A DNA stretch of 64,000 bases from Carcharhinus longimanus (Eukaryota). The stretch is from the NCBI GenBank assembly GCA_030264375.1, contig JASCQW010000072.1, positions 81,284,119 to 81,348,118 on the forward strand, written 5' to 3'. The number at the start of each line of letters is the position of its first letter. The stretch's first letter is position 1. A model generated the notes under the pieces. That model saw only the letters and a program-made list of their open reading frames with translations, searched no databases and was not told the DNA's origin. Positions 1 through 13,649 of this stretch are shown here, in pieces. The position numbers and the translations under genes were made by a program.

Positions 1-518
1 TGTGGGCAAGGCAGTTCTGAATCCTCAAAGCAATGTCCCCTTGGATCCAGGCCCCCTTACTTTCTCAATAAGCCTTGCATGGGGCACCTTATCAAACACC
101 TCGCTGAAGTCCATATAAACTACATCTACTGCTCTTCCTTCGTCAATGTGTTTAGACACATTCTCAAAAAATTCAATCAGGCTGGTAAGGCATGATCTGC
201 CTTTGACAAAGCCGTGCTGACTGTTCTTGAAATCACTATACCTCTCCAAATGTTCATAAATCCTGCCTCTCAAGATCTTCTCCATCCACTTGCCAAGCAC
301 TGAGGTTAGACTCATTGGTCTATAATTTCCTGGGCTATCTCTTCTCCCTTTCTTGAATAAAGGAACCACATCCGCAATTCTCCAATCTCCCGGAACCTCT
401 CCCATCTCCATTGATGATGCAAAAATCATCGCCAGAGGCTCAGCACTCTCTTCCCTCGCCTCCCACAGTAACCTGGGGTACATCCCATCTGGTCCCGCCG
501 ACTTATCTAACTTGATGA
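1..518 (-). mobile_element. CR1-clade LINE, reverse transcriptase fragment; 5'-truncated near 518 and running off the window edge
   Basis: ORF 25..522 carries KSAGPDG, PLFKKG, PGNYRP-SLTSV, QHGFVKGRSCLTSL and VDVVYMDFS-FDKVPH, all CR1 ORF2 RT motifs. Confidence 0.93.
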
Positions 519-1570
519 CCACATCCCAAGGTGTGGTCTCTCAGAGGGCAGCTGGAGGCCAAAGTCTGCCGAGTTGGAGTCAGATGATGAGAAGTCAGGA
601 CTCTAGTCATGCCTCAGTTGCTGGAGCTGCAAAGCCAACATCAGGAAGAGATGTCTGTTGAACTTCTCAGGTTGCAAGGCATGATGGAGTCTGTCCACCT
701 TCAGTCTGAAATGATAGTGCTGATGTGCCATCACAATAAGGTCAACACTGGTAGGATGGTGACCACTGTGGAGATCTTGGTCCAGGACATCAGTCCAGCA
801 CTGCCGCAGGAGTTACACTCATTGCCAAGGTATTTGCTGGCATCCATCAGTGTCAACTCAAGAGGGGGCAGGGAAATTCAAATTCACTCAATGCCTTCGG
901 CATCCATAGGGAGGAGGGTCAGCAGGTGTACACCCCAGGGCCATTCACCCAAGTGATTGCAGGATTGTCTGCCCCATCCAAATCCCCTCTTCCTGTGAGC
1001 CTATCAGCTCCAGCTCCACAAGCCAACGCAGATAGCACTGCCACACAGCAGAACATAAAAGCAGGCTGGGGCCCTAGAGATCTCAGCCTTAAAGGTCATC
1101 ACAGATAACAGGGTGTGGCAATCAGCAGATTGCCTCCACCTCCACTGTGGATGTTGAGGATGCACAAAGACACAGCGGCAGAAAGGTCAAGAAGGAGTAG
1201 TTGCACCACATGGGCACAGATGCTAATCAGCTTACATATTGTGTTGACCATGATAAATACACTCCCAAGAATGTCTCCTTGTCTATGGCTTCTTGTTATG
1301 ATGAATCGTGTTCATGTTAGTCAGGTGTGAAACCTTGGTTCCTGCTCAAAATGAAGGCAAGTTTCAAAGTCTAGGTTCTTTCCTCTGTGCAGTGTGTTAT
1401 GATGATGTGGAGATGCTTGCGTTGGACTGGGGTAAACACAGTAAGAAGTCTTAACTCCTTACAATGTGTAATGAGCATAGTGATTGTTCTGCCTCAGTCA
1501 CTCTCCAGATCAGTGATGCTTGCACCTCGATGTGACTTGTGTTTGCTACAAGGATCTTGTACCCAAGTGT
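519..1570 (+). mobile_element. Decayed interspersed element, possibly a relic of a Harbinger-type accessory ORF
   Basis: GC-richer block with broken coding-like frames (609..956, 926..1108) and no splice support. The family assignment is inference only. Confidence 0.35.
1405..1455. repeat. Short fragment of a common shark repeat (tgtggagatgc-gcgttggactggggtaaacacagtaagaagtc), probably Penelope-related
   Basis: Resembles a remembered elasmobranch repeat terminus and is embedded in the 519-1570 block. Confidence 0.45.
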
Positions 1571-4500
1571 CACAGGATTCCTTGATGGCCTATATTTGCT
1601 CACATAATAGCTACTTTAATATTGCCCCTGTTTTGAAAAGATTTATTCACCTCCATCTCAGAACAGCATCCCACCCACACTAGTAAATGTTGTAACTTCT
1701 AAATCTCCACATCAGCCAGCCTACTGGCTTTGTTTGTGGAGTCAGCAATCCTGCCCTAGTATTTGTTAAATTGTGGGCAGTGTTTCTTTCTGTTTGCTAC
1801 CCACTTATGCCAAGAAGAAATCCAGTGAAGGCTATCTCTAATTAAGAAGCTATTAGTCTGATTGGATTTAATTTCAGAAAGTGAAAAGATAAATGTTCCA
1901 ACACATTGCATGATTCTATCTTGTTGCTGCTTTATTGAAAATAAACTGCGTTTTCCTCCTCGACACCACTGCTGGTTTTCAGTGGAGATTTTTAAAAGAA
2001 ACATTACTTTATTTCAGTGAAATTACAGAAAATTGGAGAGAATTAATGACAGAAGAAATTCTAAATAAAACAAATTGCTTGTTCTTGTCCCACCCATCCA
2101 GAATAATCCTATTTCCACCCAACACATTCCTCCTATTGTAGAATATAATTGTTGCTTGAACAAATCTCTATATTTTATGATGCATACTAATAGAATTGAT
2201 TTAATATGTTTAAGAAATGGGCAACAATGGTAGTTCTTATTTAAGCAATGCTAAGTAAGATGATGCACAACTCCTCATTCTTGTTTGGCATAAATGTGAT
2301 TGTTGTTTCCTAAGTGTCTTATAAAAAGGAAATGCAGATAAAGGGTATAACTAAGTAAAAATCTGAATGTTTAGAGAAAATTTCCTTTCAAGAAGGCTTA
2401 TTGATAGTCTAATCAGTTGCATGTCTGTGGGAGTTTGTGGATGCAGCCTTATTAATACAACAGAATAAACACCATTGCTCAGGAGAACAAGAGCAGATGG
2501 GTAACAGAATATAAATAATCTAATTATAATTTGTGGTGGTTCAAAAATTACATTTTATGTTATTTTGTTTTTCTGCAATAAGTTCACACGTTCAGAAAAT
2601 GAAGTGAACCCGGCCTTATTTATGGCTCCTTCACATGCTTTGTAATCCAATATTCTGCTTAACCTGTCAACTCAGTCAGGGCTCCATAAATAGAATGCAA
2701 CATATCATCCTGGATATACAACTGGAAGAAATAAAACAAAATAGTATGCCAGGTTTATTTACAGCACAACAGAAAAGCATAAAATAAACGCATTCATTAA
2801 ACCAAGGAAAGGTTGCAGCACGGTCTCATACAGGTTCAGGCAGTGGTCAAAATTTAACCTCAAATGGTCTCTTCCATGAAAGTGTTTAATCTCAATTGAA
2901 AAATGTTTGATTTACTCTGACGGTCTGTTCCATTGAATACTTTGAAACTTAAACTGAAGGATCCTGCAGCTATCAACATGAACTGCCTGTTCCATGTCAT
3001 GGTTTCATTGAAAGCAACAGGCAAAAATCACAAATGGTCTCCTCTTTAAATACTTTCATCTCAATAAATCTTCCAATTCTCCAGAGCATAGTCAGTGTTT
3101 TGGATTTAGACCCGCCATTTTTTCAAAGCTTCTCCTTGAAACATTTTCCTTGGTTAGTTTGTTACCATTTTAGGTAACACTTTCAGGATTTTTGCTTAAT
3201 TGTTCCTTATCCTCTCTATGTTATGAGGGGAAATATGCTTTTCAGTCATCTTGGTTAAATTATTGAACTGTTGGAAGCGATCCTGTTTATTTTAGAAAGA
3301 AACTTCCATTATAGCATCTTGAGGTCCTGTCTTGATGTGGTGACTCAAAAATAGTCTATTAGCTTGTTCCTGGTATCTAAGCAGCCTTTAAAATTCCTGT
3401 TAGTTCCAAAGTATATAATGTTTTAAAAGCCGACAACTGCAAAGAACCAGTAAGGATATTGATATCACACTTACAAACATTTAGGATTGCAGTTCCGTAA
3501 TACATTTTCCATCTAGCTGTTCAGAGATTTTTTGAATAGTATAAAGAAATTACTTTCTAATGTTCTCCTTCCCAGGAATTATTATTAAATAATCATGACA
3601 TCTCTGAGAACTCAGCAAGTAAAGGTATCTTCTCCAGTGGGTAAGGCTTTCATGGATACATTCAATCTGTGTTTGGATGTTCTTAATAAACTTGTCAAAT
3701 AAAATCAACCATATTCATACCGAGTTTTCATATAGACCATAAAACAAGAGCTAATGTAGAAAATCTTTTCTAGCTACTTGAATCTTTTTAAACTACACTT
3801 TAGGAATAAGGACATCTTCTTCACCACACCTGCAATGTGTCTTTTTCCAGAACAAGCCAATTAACTATGAACTACTTTTTTGCTTATGATCTGTAACAGT
3901 GCACTATTTTTTTCAACTGCACTTTCTTTGTGTTTGTGTGTGTGACTGCGTGAGTGAATACTGCAGCATTAGATTTTCAGGGTGAGTGCATCAAAAAACA
4001 ATCTTCTTTATTTAAAATAACAAAATGCCCACTTACTCTGAGTCTAAAAAACACACATCATCTGTTCAAAAACTTATGGACCCTTGGGAAGGGAAAAAGG
4101 AGTTCATCAACTTTCTCTCACTCTGACATAACAGAATTTGGGGCTGCATCTGATAAATATCCTTGAAGTAAATGGGAAGAGAAAGGCTGAGTTGCCTGAA
4201 AAATAAACTTTATGTTTACACTCATCCTTTTATAATAACACTGGGGCTTGTGTGTAGTTAAACTCTGAAAGTAGTTATAAAACTAACTCAACAAATTTCT
4301 TCCCACTATCCTTTGAATGCCAGGCATACTTGTCAGCCCTTGAGCTGCATTCGATGTTGAATATTTTAAATAGTGGGAAACATACTTTTCTTGCTTTATT
4401 TACATGTGCTGTGTGTTAATTTTAAATGTCAGTATATGACAGAGGAGTAACACAGCAGCTTGTCTTTTACCTTCAGCAAGTTTATTCTGCCTCCGATTCG

Positions 4501-6155
4501 GCAGAGATACTAACGCCATACAATTACCATAGCAACTGTTTCAGCTGTGTCCCCATTTGGAGGTTGAGCCAAAAATCATTTCCTGTCTTTAATTAGGCAA
4601 ATATCTTAACAATATCATTGTCACAGCATTGCCGCCATATTGACACCATGGAGCTTCTGAGCCAGTCATGTGCTTGCTTTATCTAGGGTTATCTTCAACA
4701 CAACCAAATCACACTGATGAATCAAACTGGCCCAGTGTATTTCAGCAGGCTAATGAGATTATTTAATCCAAAAGAAGACCAGGTGACCCAGAAGAAATTG
4801 GTCCTTGGTTGTGCAGATGTCAAGTCATTCATACTCATAAATGCCCAGTATGGTGAGATTGTAGGGTTTGTTTGTGCATGTTTCTGCAAGATTACGATTT
4901 CAGAAAATGGTGTAAAGTATTTTCACCCGTAGCTTCATCTGTTAAAAGAGTATTGTAACTAATATATAACAATCTTCTTTATTTAAAATAACAAAATGCT
5001 TGCTCCTGTTTATTCAAATTGCCCACTCACTCAGGGTCTATTCCTTTATGTTTTGCATATAAACCATTGATGCTTCTGAAACAAAAAGATGCATTTTTTG
5101 CATTATGAAAATGCAATTGTATTGATTACGTGCAAGGCAATAAACATGCTTCCCTTGCAGGGTGATAAATAGATACTGGCAAAACCTTCCTTGGTGGTAG
5201 TTGATACACTGGTCTGTCAGAGAGTTTTACTTGGCTTCAGCTGTTCATTTAAACCTGTCCAAGGAGGATTGGGAAGCTGGAATTGACAGTTAAACCTTGC
5301 CTCTAATAAGTCTATGGTCTACTTCGCAATTTGCAGTGTTTAGATTTCTGGCTGAAGTATCTCTAGTTAATTCTGTAAATGGTTCAAGACACAACAAATC
5401 ATTGGTTCATGTGCAAAGTGCTATTAACAATGCCAAGTGGAAAATCCAAGCCATTGTCCCTGTAAAAGAAAATTGAGAGAATCAATAGCGCCTGAAATCT
5501 CTCTTTAAAAATATTGTCAAGATACAAGATTGTGCTTGGTAAGTTGATGTTCTTGGCTTCATCAGTATCAACAGGATACCATTTTACTAGCAAAGAATCA
5601 GATAGATCAAGATCACTGATCATCATTACTGAACAGAGCATGGCACTCTTCCAAAAGGTTTCAAAAGGATTCCTTCTTTCTTCTCTCAATTATAATTTTC
5701 CTTCTCTGTTCTCAAGACTTTCATTTTTGTTTAGCTACAACTGCATAGGCACCAGTCATCACTGGTAGCTCACCCAAGTAACCTTTGTGCTCATATATGT
5801 ATATGTGTTATGGCTATAATTATTGAGAATTTATTCAGCCAAATGCAAATCTCTGGGCACAAACCCATCCTTACAACAGCCATACATGCATTTTCCAGTC
5901 CCAGGAGGGGTTTATATTAAAGGTCAGGAGGGGAGTGTTTTATGTTAAAAATCAGGTTGCAATGAAAACTCTGGTCAGCTTTGTATGTCTTCAATAAAGA
6001 GATGCTAAAGCAAACTTAAACATTTTATCAGCTTTATGGCCATCAGTTAACTTAGCAAAGATTGCGCCTGGGATCGCAAGGCTTTATATGACTCCTCACT
6101 AGATAAGCTCAGACCCATTTGAAAGCAATTTTCAAAGGTTATGAGAAAAAACAGA

Positions 6156-6934
6156 TGTTATGATGGATTCTGTGGTTTCAAAGTGTGTACTCTTTAAGAC
6201 AGAGTCTAATTGAAACCAAAAAGGGAAAATGAAAAGGGAAACCAAGAAATTGTCCTTCTCAGTTTCTAATGAAAATAAGACTGGAACAGAGGTTGAAAAC
6301 CAAAACTTCTGGAGAAATGGAAGCTGGTTGAAACTTTATAAAAAAAGACATCAGAACTCAGCTGGTGAAGATGATCCTAGTCGTGCAGTACAAGCAGGTT
6401 TAATAAGACAGAGGCTAGATCCAGAAGCCAAGAACAGTCAAATTGTATAATTTTTGGAGCTGTTTCTGTAACTTGAATATAACATTTGTGGATCTACAGC
6501 ATCCAATGATTGTAAGCAGAGTTGAGGAAGTTCTGTGCACATTTGCCATGTTTGGTGAATACTTGTGGAATTCAGGTTCGCTGTGCATTGCTATCAGCTG
6601 GAGATCAGGCTAAGTCCTGGAAGAAGAGGAGCCGAAATTCTTTAAGTTGAAGACAAAGCTGTGAAGGACTTTGTGACTGAGACAGAAAACATTAATGCTC
6701 AGTTGGCTGCCAAGCCAATTTGTAAGATTTGTCTTACAAATTGTATCTGCAATTAATAGATTTTACAGTACACCTTGTTATCTAAGTATTTTCTTTGTTT
6801 GACTTTTGTGTAGTAAAACTTATTTTATTTCAAACCATGGGATCTGTGTGACTTTAATCATTCAATAACTAACTGAGATTTCAGATTTCCTCCACGTAAA
6901 AAGAAAGTTACTTGTGTTGACCAAGATCATAACA
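6156..6934 (+). mobile_element. Probable solo LTR (Gypsy-like), 779 bp
   Basis: Begins TGTTATGAT and ends ATCATAACA, a perfect 9-bp terminal inverted repeat with TG...CA ends. AGTAAA poly(A)-like signal near 6812. No clean TSD. Confidence 0.55.
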
Positions 6935-7699
6935 ATATGTAATTTTGAATAGTTTCCCAGCATCCAAAACTGAGGCTATAAAACAATGTTTTTCAACAAG
7001 CTGTAATGGGTAATCCAACTTCTGGGTAAACCATCCAAAGTTCATCAAAAAGATTTTTAAGAATTACTGAAAATTTCAAAGTGTGCTGTTTCTAAAGTCC
7101 GAGAATTTATCAAGTAAAGGGGAAACTCAGGCAACATAAAAATGCATCCATGCATTAAAAGCAACAAGATGCATAAATCAGACAGCAATAAAAAGTGAAG
7201 GGTAGGTTATTTTTTTCAGGTGGAACAACACATCAAATAAAGTATATCTAAAAGATTGACTTGTCTTCCTTCTCCATTTACCATTGACATTGTTATGTAT
7301 TACTGGCATTTTAAGTCTTAAACTTGCATTCATCTGCAGAGAAATACATCCATTTTTGAGAGCCTTAGATAAATGGCTGTATATGAGGGTGCATACTCCA
7401 TGTCAAGAAGAGTTGGGTAACAAGATCCAGCATAATCCATTCCAGATCCCTTTAACAGTAAACTTATAATTGAGGTCTGAATTTCTCTAGTAATCAATGA
7501 ATGGCTATGGGTAATATCCTCTCAATAGGAGCTTATCATGATCCTAGAAACTGAAAAATAGCTCACAATGGTGTTTTCTGAACCAGAACATGTCATTTCT
7601 TGGAATCTACTGCAGGTATAAAACAGTTTGGGATATATGCTACTCAGAGAAAGTGAGAAAAAAAGCTGAAGTGATCAAGCGTAGAAGTATCAATAAATC

Positions 7700-8330
7700 T
7701 GTCCACAAATTCAATTTCAAAGTTAATCAGGGTGCACCTGTCATTGAAATGGGAGGCTTGTGTATCAGTCTTTTATGGAGGGAGACATTCATTACCTTGT
7801 CAATAAAAGGGGTACAGATCAGGAACATTAGAAATGATAAATGTCGCGAGAGCATTCACAATAATTGGGTTGTCCAAGAATTTATTACTAATAAAAGAAG
7901 TGTGAGGATAGAGTATTTGAAAGTCACAGGCATACTACTACAACAACAACATCTATATTTCCCCTCCAGAAGTTAATTTTATGAAGGGTGAAGGTTGGAA
8001 AGCCAGCCAGAAGAATATTGGAGCAATAAGTCTAAAAGCTTCAATCTGTTGTTCAGCTACAAATGGGTTGAGCAATAGACAAAGACAAGGATTATTACAA
8101 AATGCAAATAGTTGGTCTTTGTGATGAACCAGAAGTTCAGCTTGTAATCTAACAGAATGTGCAGTTTCAAACTTATTTGGTTCAGTCAGAGGCAGTGACC
8201 AAGAGTTAAGGGCAAGAGTATGGAATATGTTTTTGGTTGGGTTGGATGGCAGGAGGATATCAGACATTGAATTCAGCCTTTGCAGTATTTAGCTGGAGAT
8301 CGGAGATGCAAAAAATTTTGTTTGTGCTGT
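7700..8330 (-). mobile_element. Highly decayed L2-like LINE fragment
   Basis: Purine-biased plus strand with vestigial L2-type C-terminal coding; no intact motif. Confidence 0.35.
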
Positions 8331-9769
8331 GCAAAGTAACAATTTGCATCAACTTGGATCATGTCCATTGCTCAGGATTTCTCAGAGTAAAGCTACTACT
8401 TAGTTTATTTTGGCCTCCCCTTTCTGAGTTCCTGAAGTATGCAGTATCAACGAAATTCTGAACTTAGGAATGGCGAGAGTCAGGCTTGAAGGATGCAGGT
8501 ACATTGAACACACCACCATTTCACATGAGTCACTGAGCTGGGACAGTGTACCTCAGGGCATGAATCTTTAAATGTCTGTGCAACAGTTTCCATGCAGGAG
8601 TCAGAATGACAACAAATGGGACCGGGTTCAGCTGTGATGCCCTTCATATTTGAATAGACTGCCAATATATTGTCCAAGTTGACTTGCATCAGAGTTGTTT
8701 GTATTGGGTCTTTAAGAGCATTAGAAACATACAACTAGTTCAGCAAAAATTTACAACTTTTAAAACTTTGTTTTCTAGTTTTGCAGCATTACTGCGTCAA
8801 TACAAAACTCAAATATAATCTATCCATTAGGAAATCGCTCCAAGGGAAATTTCTTTCTGTATTCAATCCCCTCCTTCATTCATTTATTACTGTTAAAACA
8901 CATGCTGCACTTGCAAGATTCTAGCTGTATTTTCTACTTAAAAGATTTGACACATATTTTCTCATAACCCCATGTCTGCTTATTCTCAAAATACATGAAA
9001 GTCATCAATTCTCCTCCTTCACGTTCTCCCCTTTGGCATCTTACCTGATATCTATTATTTCCGAGTACAATATAATCAGACATTGGGCACTACATTTACT
9101 ACAAAGAGATGTCTCTGACCTCGGTGAGAAATAATGAAGGCCTTGCCATGATAATTCTCAGTTAACATGTCAAAGGTGAATTACTGCTGGAGAGAAAGTG
9201 AAAATTGATCAGAAGTAAATCTACCTAATTTCATAGAGATTTCTCCTTCTAGATTTTGACCTCCATGATATGCTGATTTGGCTCCCAGCTGGAGCAGCAA
9301 TTATATATTATGCTGGCCTTCAAGGAGAGGGAGGAAGAACAGTCAACCAAAGGTCCTATGCCTGTTGCTATTTAGTTACCCCTTGCTAAATGTAGACATG
9401 AGCAAGAACAGGAACCACTCAATTTTAAAAAGCTTCAAATTCAACAAGTCTGCCAACCATTGCATATGTTCTAAAATGTGGAATGGTTACTTGAATGAAG
9501 TATTGCCTAATACCTGTGAAACTGAACTCATACAAAGATTTTTTTCAGGAGTGGAGAAACAATTTAAAGGTTAAAAGAAAGGAGCCTTTTATTTAATTTA
9601 TTTAAGTCTTGTATTTAAGTCAGAGTTCAGAGATATTGCACCAATCTTAGGATTACTAGACTTGCTGGCTTCCTTAGGTCCTTCTCCTCTATCAGACTGT
9701 CAGATTCTTACTTTCCCTTTTAAAATGCACAATGTGTTGTTCAATATGGTGAGAAAAGCCGGCTGCACA

Positions 9770-10180
9770 GTCTGTGAGCGTCATACCATTTTTTTTTCCT
9801 GAGCCAAATCCCTTGTGCAATTTTGTGAAAATTCCACCCTCAGTAAATGAATGTTGCATCTGTAAGTTCCATCTACCTGTGAGAATAATTATTTACCTGA
9901 TCAGCCATATTCTTTGGATTTCTGAAACTTACACCAAACAGGTGGCTTCTCTCCCCCTCTATTTTACCAATAGTTCTTCTCTGGACTCTCCTCCCTTTTC
10001 GCTCCAAAACTTTGAACAATTGCATTCTTTTCCTTTCTGCATCCTTAATGATTCATTAATGTATTTCTGGAAAGGGAACCACCCAAACCTGTATGGTTTA
10101 TTCTACATGCAACTCCAGTCCTGTATCATGTGATCACCTCATAATATCCTTGAAAATGTAGCCTAGCAAACTAATAAAAA
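9770..10180 (-). mobile_element. Decayed CR1 fragment
   Basis: Resembles the antisense CR1 3' coding region (e.g. ccaaacctgtatgg...ttctacatgcaactc). Confidence 0.4.
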
Positions 10181-11959
10181 CTATGAATACATGTAGCTTT
10201 GTTTATGTCTTCCAGATTCCAAATCATTCAGATTTATGCTGTTGCTTTGAGCAGAAATACTGAGATTGGAGTGTGCTCAGAAGGCCCTAGCATTTTCAGA
10301 TTATTTGCTTTGGGATTGTCCCAAAGCAATAGTCTTTAATGCTCCCAACCAAGACCAATCATCTCGGTTTTCTTTTCAGGTGAGTACTGAGATTATATCT
10401 GAAGCTATAATGCACAGCTATTTTGAAAGGAACCTGCTTTGTTTTTTCCTATGAGACTAAATGGAAGGGACATTATTTGGATTGTGTTGTATGTATGTAC
10501 TCGAAAAGCTANNNNNNNNNNNNNNNNNNNNNNNNNNNNNNNNNNNNNNNNNNNNNNNNNNNNNNNNNNNNNNNNNNNNNTTTATGATGTGTGTTAATAC
10601 ATAGTTATAGTGGATGGAGAAATTTGCTACAGTCATTTTATAACACTTCTCATTTCATAAAGATCTTTAGTCAATCAGCTACAAGAATTTGAATTTGTCT
10701 TCATAAAGGTGAGGTAATGTGTGCGACAAACAGGATATTGCATATCTTAAGTATGATAGACAAGAAATGTATGTATCTGAACACTTTTTTAAAATATGAG
10801 TCAAAATTTTGGACCCATATATCAAGCATCTTACCGTTTCCTCTCATGACTTCAACTTGACATTTTGTAAATTATATTTGTTTAGCAATTGTTTGTCATA
10901 ATTCAACTTTGCTAAAATCAAACATCCAGTATCAACCATAACTGAGTAAAGTTGTACCCTAAGAAACTGTGGATTCTCAGTGCAGGAAGCACATAGAAAA
11001 CTGCAGATCCAACCTAGGCCATGAGTACAATGGAACAGGCACAGAGTAAGTGACCAGTCAGTGAGAGATTAAATGAGACAATGGTTTTCCAAATAGATTT
11101 TGCAAAAACATTTTTTCTTGAAAAGGAACTTGCTACTTTTGTTTTAGTAGGTGCAGAAAACCACAATTGTTTTGAGCTTAATGAGACTGTGCTGAGATAT
11201 ATCGTTAATTTAATTTATTACGTGTTTACAAAACCCAGGACAATTGCTGTATTCCAAGCGACAACATAACAGTAAATGGCTGGTTGAGGCAAACTTAGCC
11301 TTTGCCAGCTCACCAGATACCAACATGACAGTTCAAGAGCATTCCATTGTGGAAATGCATACATACCTCCTTCCTTGTATTACTGATGAACAATAGTCTG
11401 ATTATAGAGTTATTACCAGTGTTGCATCAAATATGTGTTTCCCTTTCAACTTCTGAAAAGGTAAAGAGCATTCAAAGTAATTTTTATTCTTTAGGTAGTT
11501 AATGGGCATATATGCTTGTGCCCATCATCCAGTTGGATTGTTCCATCATGCTGCATACAATAGCAGATGGAGGAATAGAAGAATCACATGTGATTCACAT
11601 TGACTTTTCTAAGACCTCATGTACACTGGATACTTTTGTTTACATTGGCATGCATTCAAATTACAACAAAGGCACATTTGACACAACACTAGTCAATGCA
11701 CTTGCTTGAAAACACTGGGTGGTTTTCTTCAGCTAAACAAAAGATGGTTTAATTTTATTTGTTTTGTTTTTAAAAGATGAAGGATAATTTCAGGATTTGC
11801 AAATCTCTGCTTCAAATATCAAACATTTGTGTTTCAGAGGATAACCAAACACCAAGGATGGGAAATTCTAATAGCACAAGATCCAGGGTCATGTACATAA
11901 CTTTGAGATAGAGTACAATGTCGTAAATTGTAAAGATCAGAATCACCATCTTCTCTGGT

Positions 11960-12050
11960 ACACTGGGATGTTAGCATTGCTGGCTAGGCCAGCACATTCC
12001 CCTCTCTAATTGCCCTTGAGCAGTAGTGGTGAGCCAGTTGTATTCCAATG
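11960..12050 (-). mobile_element. 3' tail of the LINE family seen at 51330-52700
   Basis: gggatgttagcattgctggctaggccagca...ctaattgcccttgag matches 51344-51400 within this window. Confidence 0.65.
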
Positions 12051-12522
12051 CACTTCATATTTTCTACGGGTAGAATGATAGCAATGCTCAGTAATAGTCA
12101 TGAGCCGTAAGAGCTCTGCAACAACAGTAATGTGTAAATTATTTTTCTTTGAATCCAACTGACATTGACAAGTTCTGAACCTGTACATTACACCCTGGAC
12201 CTGAAGTGAGAAGTTCTCCATCATTGGTAGGGATAAGTTAGGATTGCAGTGTGATCCTCAGATACAGACTTGGTGATTTGTCCAGGAGCTCCTGTAATTC
12301 AGAACATAAACCCCATTCAATTTACAGTTTCTTTCCCTGCAGAATCTCATTGTTCAAAAATGTTGCTGTGGATAAAGTTAGCAAAACATAATTGAGAAAT
12401 GAAAGCATTCTCACACCTCTTAATCGGTGCAGTCCAAATAAAAGTACAAACAGATTTATAATGGGGGAATATGGAAAATACTCTTGTTTTTGAGGTGGAA
12501 AGGAAAAAGAAGAGAGACTTAC

Positions 12523-12885
12523 AGGAAAGACTTCATATCTAACCCTCGATTACGGAGCTGTCCCATCACGTAATCCCAGCTCCCAGGATTGGAGCGGCTA
12601 CGGCCTCCAGCTGTACGATTGCGTGAGCCCGCCATACCACTTGGCCTGTGCTGGGCTCTGTAGGGAGACCTGCTGCCGGAGGTTGTCTGCTGTTGGAATT
12701 GAAGCTGCCCAAGGCTCTGGCTGGTGGTGGGTTGGCTCTGGGCAGGTCTATGGTGCTGCAGCGGCTGCTGCAGGCTCTGCTGCCTCTGCAGCGTCCGAGG
12801 TCGCGGGCATTTCGACTGTTGGTCACCTGGTGGCGTAGATATGTGCTCTAATGTGGACGCTGCTGATAAGGTCGGCTCATCCAAG
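12523..12885 (-). CDS. SYT7: Synaptotagmin-7 linker cassette exon (363 nt; (N)LDEPTLSAASTLEHI...RPRTLQRQQSLQQPL...GGRSRSNPGSWDYVMGQLRNRGLDMKSFL)
   Basis: Long polypyrimidine tract, acceptor gctgttag|CTTGGATGAG and donor TTCCT|gtaagt; phase 2/2. Lies within ORF 12519..12968. The motifs RQQSLQQPL, QPTTSQSLGQLQ and GGRSRSNPGSWD...RNRGLDMKSFL match long mammalian SYT7 isoforms. Confidence 0.95.
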
Positions 12886-13649
12886 CTAACAGCACAGCAT
12901 GAGAGAAAAGAGCAGAAAGAAAGAGTAAAGGGAGAAAACAAAAAGCAAAGCACAGTTAGCGATGTCACCTGGGGTGAAGTACAGTAATGGTCTTGAGTTT
13001 GGTGGATATCTGGCTTTGCTTTGCACTCAGATTATTAACACATCATTACTGGCAGGTGATTCTCATTTCCTGTAGAGTGCCTCTTTGCTGGACAGTTACA
13101 ACACAATGTAATCAACTCTAATTTAAATTGTTCTGGTTTTTTTGCCCTCCTCATCACGATCAGCCTGTGTCTTCCACCAGTTGCCGGAACACAGCAGGTG
13201 AGTAAGGCTTAACAGAAATGCACTTAAGTGGTTTGCTGAAAACAAAACAGCTTTAGCTATGGAACGAACATCCTTCCCCCAGCACTGGCAGGTAGTCGTA
13301 AGCAAAACCAGCATCAGGACTAAAATTATTGGTAGCATTTTAGGGAATTAAATGTAATAATACCCATAGGTGACAAACATTCAATTTTCAGAAATATCTT
13401 GACTTGTTAAAAAATGTACTGCAAAGAGATGACAATGGAAAGTAATGTTTGGCAAAAATCTTATTTTCTGGCATATTTACATCTTTATTATATTTCTGCA
13501 TCATTTTTTGTTTGCATTAAACACCTCCAGAGCAATTTTTGTACAATAATTAATGTTAGATGCAGGGAGAAAGCTTATGAAATTGGGGCAAAATTGAAGC
13601 CTCATCACTGGCAAACTCAGTCACGTGGTGATACAGAACTTGAATATTG

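Noticed and set aside
5399-5689. ORF with TFWK and KWYP, reminiscent of C2-domain ends
   Set aside because: No other C2 motifs, no match to SYT7 C2A or C2B, and no splice support.
11780-11956. Possible next SYT7 exon (mammalian EGRMVVLSLVLGLSEQDDFANIPDLQ); the minus strand has EKMVIL, SLVFG and DLQ-like pieces
   Set aside because: The pieces fall in different frames with stops, there is no pyrimidine tract or donor, and there is no EQDDFAN core. The real exon probably lies beyond position 1.
12886-12968. Hydrophobic N-terminus of ORF 12519..12968 that looks like a signal peptide
   Set aside because: It is the translated polypyrimidine tract of the acceptor. The ORF's stop is the donor CT|GTAA read through.
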